Below are positions 57,673 through 64,000 of a stretch of 64,000 nt of DNA, one piece after another. The number at the start of each line of letters is the position of its first letter. The stretch's first letter is position 1. A model generated the notes under the pieces. It saw only the letters and a program-made list of their open reading frames with translations, was not told where the DNA came from and made no database searches. The position numbers and the translations under genes are program-made. The DNA lies in NCBI GenBank assembly GCA_963753595.1, contig CAVWCX010000020.1:1-64000 (forward strand). Direction: 5' to 3'. The stretch is from Candidatus Methanoperedenaceae archaeon. Its GTDB lineage: Archaea; Halobacteriota; Methanosarcinia; Methanosarcinales; Methanoperedenaceae.

Positions 57673-59565
57673 CTAAACGAATAGCGTAAAAAAAAGATAG
57701 GCTATAGTCATCATAATCACCGAATGTTTAAGGCCATCGTACACGCTTTCTCCCATCATCTGGCCGACAATAATACCTGAAAAAAACCCCTGTATCACAG
57801 ATGCATGCATGAACAATAAGGAATATTCTGCTTTCTGGGAACTTATCATGAGCATTCCGGAATTTGTTGAACCCATATCCGGTATCTTTGGAAGGAACAT
57901 GGTCGCGAATACATATAATACAAGCAGGAATACCGCGAAGGACATATATACAACGATCAGGTAAGAAAAAAGGACCGTGAATTTCTGTTTCTTGAGTTTA
58001 TCCGCTAGCATCGCTTCATTTGCCGCAACACGAAGCGTTTCTTTGATATTTCCTGTGGACTCGCTTGCTTTTGTAATCAGGGTTACGATCCTTGAAATGG
58101 AGATTGTCCTGACCCTGTGCTCGAATTTTGTCATTGCCCCGAGCACGCTATTGCTCCATAAAATATCCTTATGCATGAGTTTTACTTCGGTGCTTAAAAC
58201 ACCCATGTTAATTTTGGTTATGGATCTTATGGCATCAGAAAGCGGCATACCCACATCGCTAATGGCTGCCATCCGCCTCAAAAATACAGGCACTGAGTCC
58301 TCAATTGCCCTGATGCGCCGCGTCTGTGTTTCATAAAGCAACAGGAATGGTACAAGCATTATCAATAAGCTTAATATTATTGAGTCATCCAGGACATCAA
58401 CAGTTATCTTTTTTGTGTGAATCGAAAATATAAAATATATCAATGCAGCAGGAATTGTGATATAGAAAGCTTTTACCGGGTCACCGAAAAAGCTCTTGAG
58501 GGGATTTTTTCTTATTTCTACTAAGCTTGTCCACCTCAAAGACCTCATAAGTTTTCGTATCGATCTCTCATCATCGTTTGAAACTTTTGTCCTGATATCA
58601 TCGTAATGTTGGATCTTTTTAGATACTGAATATATTTTGACCAGCTTCAAATCGCTTCCAAGGGAAACTGCACTTAACAGAATACTAAATGCGACGGCAC
58701 TTAAAGGAATTACAGCATATATAAGAATCTTAAGGTTCAGCAGGTTCCCCGGACCCATAAGTCCCATGACTATGAAAATTGTTATCAAAAACAAAGGACC
58801 AGCAACGAAAACTGTAATGTAGGTCTCAGCCAGCATACCAAGCATCTCAAGATACATGTTCTGGTCTGACTCGGCTGTATCCTGGTAATTTGAGACCATA
58901 TTCCCGAAGAATGCATCAAGGTCACCGCTTGTTTCAACGACATTTATGAGGTTTTCAAGAAAACCCCTGAACTTCTCGGATTGGGTATTGGTGGAAGCAT
59001 TTTTAAGTGCCGTTATAATATCATTGCCGTGTATTTCAGTATCCAGGACAATATATTCGATCTCTTCTGCAAATTCCCCGTAGATGCCAGTGTACTGTCT
59101 CAGAGATTTAAATATTGAAATAAGACTCAATCCGCCTTTACTCATTGCGGACATATAGGCAACGCCATGCGGAAGGGTCAGGTCTATTTTGCTTTTTCTT
59201 ATTTTTGCAACAAGTCCCGGATATGCCAGGATAAGATAATAGGATTTGAATGCAAGGTACATGCAAATGAATACAATGATCAAAACCATGAACAAAAATT
59301 CACCATATTCCCTGAAATAAAATCCCGGGATGGCTTTAAAATAATTTAAATATAAAATATCCAACAGGGGTGCAAGTAATAAACCAACTACAAAGCCAAT
59401 GAAACCAATTATTATGGAATAAAGATATGCGCTGCTTACATAAATATCCCAGGGCATTGCTATATGTGCCTGTTTGATGGATAATTTTACAGAAAAATAA
59501 CTCTCTTTATTTTTTCTTACAAAATTCCCGAAAATGGCAAATGCAAGCTTATTTAATCTATTCAT
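57673..59565 (-). CDS. Type II secretion F / TadC-FlaJ family platform protein
   Basis: Two T2SSF repeats (IDLTLP..G.D...AL; IEDSVP.FL..G..LSDA); multiple TM helices. Confidence 0.9.
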   Translation of the reverse strand: MNRLNKLAFAIFGNFVRKNKESYFSVKLSIKQAHIAMPWDIYVSSAYLYSIIIGFIGFVVGLLLAPLLDILYLNYFKAIPGFYFREYGEFLFMVLIIVFICMYLAFKSYYLILAYPGLVAKIRKSKIDLTLPHGVAYMSAMSKGGLSLISIFKSLRQYTGIYGEFAEEIEYIVLDTEIHGNDIITALKNASTNTQSEKFRGFLENLINVVETSGDLDAFFGNMVSNYQDTAESDQNMYLEMLGMLAETYITVFVAGPLFLITIFIVMGLMGPGNLLNLKILIYAVIPLSAVAFSILLSAVSLGSDLKLVKIYSVSKKIQHYDDIRTKVSNDDERSIRKLMRSLRWTSLVEIRKNPLKSFFGDPVKAFYITIPAALIYFIFSIHTKKITVDVLDDSIILSLLIMLVPFLLLYETQTRRIRAIEDSVPVFLRRMAAISDVGMPLSDAIRSITKINMGVLSTEVKLMHKDILWSNSVLGAMTKFEHRVRTISISRIVTLITKASESTGNIKETLRVAANEAMLADKLKKQKFTVLFSYLIVVYMSFAVFLLVLYVFATMFLPKIPDMGSTNSGMLMISSQKAEYSLLFMHASVIQGFFSGIIVGQMMGESVYDGLKHSVIMMTIAYLFFTLFV

Positions 59566-61184
59566 ATCTTCCCAATAAATTCCATGGTTTTTCCGGAATC
59601 AGCGTAGTAGCTCTGGATAAGAGAAACAATTTCATACTCATCCATTTCTTTTTCAACCATATATTCAAGAACTTTTTTCCTGTTCTCAAGTTCAAGGCTC
59701 ACCTGTTTTTCATCCCAGTTCCGGCTTGCCATGATATCTTCAAGAACGAATGATTTCCCTGTATTCCTGAAAGTATCATCTTTCGGGTCCCACAAATAAA
59801 GTTCATTGAATCGCAGGTCCTGGCTCTTCGGATCGATTCCAATGAATTCTATTATGCTGTCAAGGCGCCGTACTCTTTTGTCCCCGGAAATTATCATCTT
59901 CTGGATACAAAGGATATCGAGGGCCTGGATCATTACGCGGGGGACATTTATCGGGTCGCCTTCAAGCCGGCTGATAACCGTATCCACAGAATCCGCATGC
60001 ATTGTGGAATAAGTTGTATGGCCGGTATTAATGGCCTGGAACAGCGTCATGGCCTCTTTTCCCCTGATCTCCCCGACAATAATATATTCGGGACGCTGCC
60101 TGAGCGCCTGGCGCAAAAGTTCATACATATCAATATCGGCTACAGTGTCTGTTTTTGAAAACGATTCACGAGTGACGCTTCCGATCCAGTTCGTATGGTG
60201 CAGCATGAGTTCGTGCGTATCCTCGATACTGACTATTTTAGCGACAGGTGGAATAAAAAGTGAAACAGAATTTAATGATGAGGTTTTTCCGGCTGCGGTT
60301 GCGCCTGCAAATATCATGCTTTTGTTATTTTCAACAGCAAGCCACAGGTAAGCAAGTATTTCCGGAGAATATGTGCCATTCTTTATAAGATCAGCAGGCG
60401 TAAAGGCATGTTCACGGAATTTCCTGATCGTAAATGAACTTCCCCTGAAGGTAACCTCTTTTCCGAACGAGGCATTCAGGCGCGAGCCATCAGGAAGTGT
60501 GCTGTTGACCAGAGGCTCGCCAATGGATATCTGCTTGCCGCATCTTTGTGTAAGCTTGATTACGAATGAATCAAGCTTCTGTCCTTCGAATGAGATATTA
60601 GTCTTGAGATTATGGTATTTCCTGTGATACACAAATATCGGAACACCCGAACCGTCACAGGATATATCTTCTATTTGCGGATCCTTCATAAGTGCATCAA
60701 GCCTTTCGTATCCGATATAATCCCGTTTGATATAATAGAGAATCTTATAGATGGCTTTTGTATCTATTTCCATTGAATAACTGTCGATCAGCTCAAGAGT
60801 TTTAGTCTCGATGATCTCCTCTTTTGTCTGGCTTGAACTTTCATAAACAGTAAGGGTGTCCAGGATATTTTCATAAACAGTCTCAAGCACCATCCGTTCA
60901 AAAACACTGAGTTCCGGCTCTACTACCTGGTATTGATATTCATTTTTCTCTTCATTATAGAGGATTGAAACAAATACATAAGGTTCATTGACCGGGTAAA
61001 TCTCTTTTTCAATAAAACCAGCTGATCCTTCAAAATCGATCAGTTTCCCGGACTTTTCCACGGAATAAGGTGGAAGTATGGGTTTTTTCCGGGTCAGGAT
61101 ATGGAGGTAACTCCTGAGGTCCTCATATTCTTCTTTTATTTTTTCTTTGAAACTTATTTTTGAAGTTTCACGTTTTAATTCCAT
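59562..61184 (-). CDS. Type II/IV secretion (FlaI/PilB/VirB11-like) ATPase
   Basis: IEDISCDG, LPDGSR, GATAAGKTS, ALRQRPEYIIVGEIRG, TGH..STMHA. Confidence 0.93.
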   Translation of the reverse strand: MELKRETSKISFKEKIKEEYEDLRSYLHILTRKKPILPPYSVEKSGKLIDFEGSAGFIEKEIYPVNEPYVFVSILYNEEKNEYQYQVVEPELSVFERMVLETVYENILDTLTVYESSSQTKEEIIETKTLELIDSYSMEIDTKAIYKILYYIKRDYIGYERLDALMKDPQIEDISCDGSGVPIFVYHRKYHNLKTNISFEGQKLDSFVIKLTQRCGKQISIGEPLVNSTLPDGSRLNASFGKEVTFRGSSFTIRKFREHAFTPADLIKNGTYSPEILAYLWLAVENNKSMIFAGATAAGKTSSLNSVSLFIPPVAKIVSIEDTHELMLHHTNWIGSVTRESFSKTDTVADIDMYELLRQALRQRPEYIIVGEIRGKEAMTLFQAINTGHTTYSTMHADSVDTVISRLEGDPINVPRVMIQALDILCIQKMIISGDKRVRRLDSIIEFIGIDPKSQDLRFNELYLWDPKDDTFRNTGKSFVLEDIMASRNWDEKQVSLELENRKKVLEYMVEKEMDEYEIVSLIQSYYADSGKTMEFIGKI

Positions 61185-61220
61185 TTGATCAAGCCCGATG
61201 AAGACTATATATTTATATAT

Positions 61221-61300
61221 TATATCATTATCAATATTTTATTACAAACTATATCATTATCAATATTTCATTACAAACTATTTCATTATCATTATTATCA
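61221..61300. repeat. 29-bp tandem repeat (2 copies plus a partial) in a divergent intergenic region
   Basis: TATATCATTATCAATATTTYATTACAAAC at 61221-61249 and 61250-61278 (1 mismatch); degenerate third copy from 61279. Confidence 0.85.
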
Positions 61301-61367
61301 CGATAATTTCATATACTTTTCGCTTCATCAATAATATACATTTAAATTTCGTAAGGAAGAAAATTTC

Positions 61368-62192
61368 ATGGACTTAAAGAAAAATCCAACCTGTATCGAG
61401 TCACTTGACCCTGTGCTACAGGGCGGTTTTCCTTCGGGTTCCCTGGTGCTGTTACTGGGCGAGATCGGCGCTGGAGAGTTCGAATTTGCCATCTCATCGA
61501 TCGCAAGACTGCTCAACAGGCCAAAACAGGGAACAGGTACGCTATTTCCGGATAAGGTTTGTTATATTTCATTAACCCGTGGAAAAGATGATATTATGAA
61601 AGAGATCGCATTCTCATTCCCGGAATTTTACAATATGATCAAGGATCGGCTGGAATTCAAAGATTTTTCTGAGGCTTTTTTTGCAAGATCTTTCATTCCC
61701 ATTAACTGGCGTTGCTCTTTACAGACCGAGCTTTCATTTGATTCCCTGAAATGGGACAATGAGGAAGAAAACCTTGTTGTCGCACTCATCGATTATCTTG
61801 ATAAGAAAGCTCATGGAAGCATTGTAATAATTGATTCTTTAACAGTACTTGCAAAGCATTGCCTGGAGCGCATGGAATGGAAAGATCTCATAATGTTCTT
61901 GCGCGGGCTTCAAAAAGCTTCAAAAAAATGGGACGGTCTTGTGTATACTATGCTGGGCGAAGGGATTTTTGAGAAAAATAAGCAGGAAGAAATACAGGAT
62001 TGCATGGATGGAGTGATCGTTTTTGAATGGGATAAACAGGGGAGTTCAAAAAGACAGCGTGTTATGTATATGAAAAAATTCAGGGGACTTCTACCGGTAT
62101 TGGACCAGGATAATATTGTCAATTTTGAGACCCAGATAAGTTCACAAAAAGGTTTCGAAGTATCGAATATAAAAAGAGTCAGAGGGAGATAA
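61368..62192 (+). CDS. KaiC/RAD55-like ATPase, degenerate Walker A
   Basis: LDPVLQGGFP.GS..LLGEIGAGEFEF (no Lys), IIDSL, DGVI, KKFRG. Confidence 0.8.
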   Translation: MDLKKNPTCIESLDPVLQGGFPSGSLVLLLGEIGAGEFEFAISSIARLLNRPKQGTGTLFPDKVCYISLTRGKDDIMKEIAFSFPEFYNMIKDRLEFKDFSEAFFARSFIPINWRCSLQTELSFDSLKWDNEEENLVVALIDYLDKKAHGSIVIIDSLTVLAKHCLERMEWKDLIMFLRGLQKASKKWDGLVYTMLGEGIFEKNKQEEIQDCMDGVIVFEWDKQGSSKRQRVMYMKKFRGLLPVLDQDNIVNFETQISSQKGFEVSNIKRVRGR

Positions 62193-62890
62193 TGGAAGTA
62201 CTGAACACCGGAGTGGCAGGACTCGATGAAATGTTAAAGGGCGGGATCCCGAAAAAACATATTGTTGCGGTTCTTGGTTCACCCGGTACGGGTAAATCCA
62301 CTTTTGCATTGCAATTCATATATGCAGGACTTTTAAAAGGCGAGAACTGCATTTACCTTAGCCTTGAAGAAAGCGAGGACATGATCGTCAATACCGCTTC
62401 TATCTTCGGCTGGGACCTGAAGCCGTTCATTACAAACAAAAAACTGGTTTTGATACGTTTAAGCGCCTTGAATATCAAAGTAACAGCCGCCCGGGTCGAA
62501 AATGATTTGCCCCGACTCTTTGAGTCATTTGGGGTTAAAAGGCTCGTTATTGACCCGATAACATTGTATGAAATGTTGTATGAGACTGAATCTTTGCGCC
62601 GCGAACATCTCTTTAATTTTGCGGAAAAGATCAGGGAACATGGGATAACTTTGATTATGACTTCAGAAACTAACAATACCAATCCATATAATTCAAAATT
62701 CGGGCTTATTGAATATATAGCGGATGGAGTTATTTTATTAAGGCAGGTAAGGCAAAACGACCTTCGATCAGTCACAACAGTGATCGAAGTCTCAAAAATG
62801 AGGCGGATTGACCATTCAAGGGATATCAAACCTTACGCCATATCAAAAAATGGGATAGTTGTACATTCTGAGGCTGAGGTTTTCAGTTAG
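62192..62890 (+). CDS. KaiC/RAD55-like ATPase
   Basis: TGVAGLDEML.GGIP, GSPGTGKS, SLEE, VIDP, ADGVI, KMR. Confidence 0.9.
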   Translation: MEVLNTGVAGLDEMLKGGIPKKHIVAVLGSPGTGKSTFALQFIYAGLLKGENCIYLSLEESEDMIVNTASIFGWDLKPFITNKKLVLIRLSALNIKVTAARVENDLPRLFESFGVKRLVIDPITLYEMLYETESLRREHLFNFAEKIREHGITLIMTSETNNTNPYNSKFGLIEYIADGVILLRQVRQNDLRSVTTVIEVSKMRRIDHSRDIKPYAISKNGIVVHSEAEVFS

Positions 62891-62903
62891 GGGATTCAAA
62901 CCA

Positions 62904-64000
62904 CTAACTCCACATCTGGCCGCCGAGTATCGTTTCGGTCTTATCGTTGGTGCTCTGGTGAATTTTTTTGATCCTGACAAGAAATTCATTTCCTATTTTC
63001 TCAGGCTGCTCAAAAACAGCATCTACTCCCAGTAATCTAAGGAACTCTTCAAATTCCGTAACGGTTTTAAGGCTTTTCACCCTTATCTGTACATTTTCAG
63101 CAATTCGTTCTCCATATTTCTTCTTTTTAATTGTGGAGATCATGGGCAGGAGTATGCTTTCCCCAAGTTCCTGGCATCTTTTCCTCGCACTATCCTCATC
63201 TTCATCCCATTCTACTGACTGGAATGCTTCCCTGCAAACCCTTCCGAAGAAAAAATCCCGTCCAAAATCATTGTAGAATTCAAAAGCATATTTGAGATCG
63301 GCGCAATTACTGAGCGAGCTTGTGTACTTGACCGGGGGCACGATCATTTGAGGGTCTTTAATGACAACGCCTTCGCGTAATGTGTCACCAAAACCCTTTA
63401 TGATGTCCGTAATTGCATCATGAGCCTCTGGGACATCGAATTCACCAAAAAGATGCACGGATTTTATCCCGTATTCATCCATAAGTTTTCGCCTTTCCGT
63501 TACAGGCATGGGATTTCCGGAATTTTTTTCCCTGACATCAAAAACAAAAAAATCCAGGGATTCTATGTTATAAAATGTTTTAGGTACATAAGGGCTGTCC
63601 GGTCCTACCATCTCGCCGGCCAGCACAAGTTCCGGATGGTCATGGAAAAAGTCCAGCCCGATCAGGTCATTTGCCTTCTGCGTTGTATAAGGACATATAA
63701 AACCGCCGCGAGTAAGCGCTACAAGTTTATCGCCGATCAGTGTTACCCTGACGTTGTACCCGTTCATTTTCTCTTCAACCGCCACTTTATTGCAGGAAGA
63801 AAAATGCTTAATGAGCGCTGGATACAGCATCAAGGTGCGTGATATCTTAGGAAAACCCCGCACGATCCCGAATGGTTCAAGAAATACGCAAGTTCCTCCT
63901 TCGACAGAGGAAACCGGCTTATCGAACCTGAATAAATCCAGTTTCCCATATACATATTGTAAAGTCTTTCGTCTCAGCGCCCCTGTAATGCTATGTTCGG
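62904..64000 (-). CDS. ATP-dependent RNA ligase, Pab1020/Rnl3 family (5' end beyond the window)
   Basis: RGFPKI.R, EEKMNGYNVR, TRGG..CPYTT, GEMVG, REGVVIK; frame open to the window edge. Confidence 0.9.
   Translation of the reverse strand, partial: EHSITGALRRKTLQYVYGKLDLFRFDKPVSSVEGGTCVFLEPFGIVRGFPKISRTLMLYPALIKHFSSCNKVAVEEKMNGYNVRVTLIGDKLVALTRGGFICPYTTQKANDLIGLDFFHDHPELVLAGEMVGPDSPYVPKTFYNIESLDFFVFDVREKNSGNPMPVTERRKLMDEYGIKSVHLFGEFDVPEAHDAITDIIKGFGDTLREGVVIKDPQMIVPPVKYTSSLSNCADLKYAFEFYNDFGRDFFFGRVCREAFQSVEWDEDEDSARKRCQELGESILLPMISTIKKKKYGERIAENVQIRVKSLKTVTEFEEFLRLLGVDAVFEQPEKIGNEFLVRIKKIHQSTNDKTETILGGQMWS

Noticed and set aside
61221-61300. Possible CRISPR array
   Set aside because: Repeats are directly adjacent with no spacers, and there are no cas genes in the window.

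Overview
64-kb archaeal chromosomal window, most likely from a Methanosarcinales member. MC1 chromatin protein, HdrCBA, AhbC, CobZ/CobY, archaeal MATs and Hef point there; Ca. Methanoperedens/ANME-2d is my best guess, by inference only. Most of the window is housekeeping: tRNA modification, ScpAB, cobamide nucleotide-loop assembly, CooS, HdrABC and a type IV pilus-like ATPase/platform pair. It has two tRNA genes, Ser-UGA and an intron-containing Glu-UUC. An AT-rich accessory segment (~21-27.4 kb) lies at the 3' end of tRNA-Ser. It holds a restriction-like nuclease, a VWA gene split by a 203-bp ISH8-like MITE, and a surface-protein gene split by an ISAzo13-family element. The most notable signals are: (1) a corrinoid protein / Zn-ligand-less MtaA-like / DUF1638 operon coupled to two PAS sensors that lack any enzymatic output and share a conserved coiled-coil tail; (2) a dispersed family of 9-nt-periodic palindromic elements in three sequence variants, one framing what looks like an internally deleted GxxExxY-protein gene; (3) a lone cooS followed by an H-NOX gas sensor and a candidate sRNA; (4) an HdrA whose fused MvhD-like domain has lost its cysteines. 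All family calls come from motif recognition by eye; no database searches were run.
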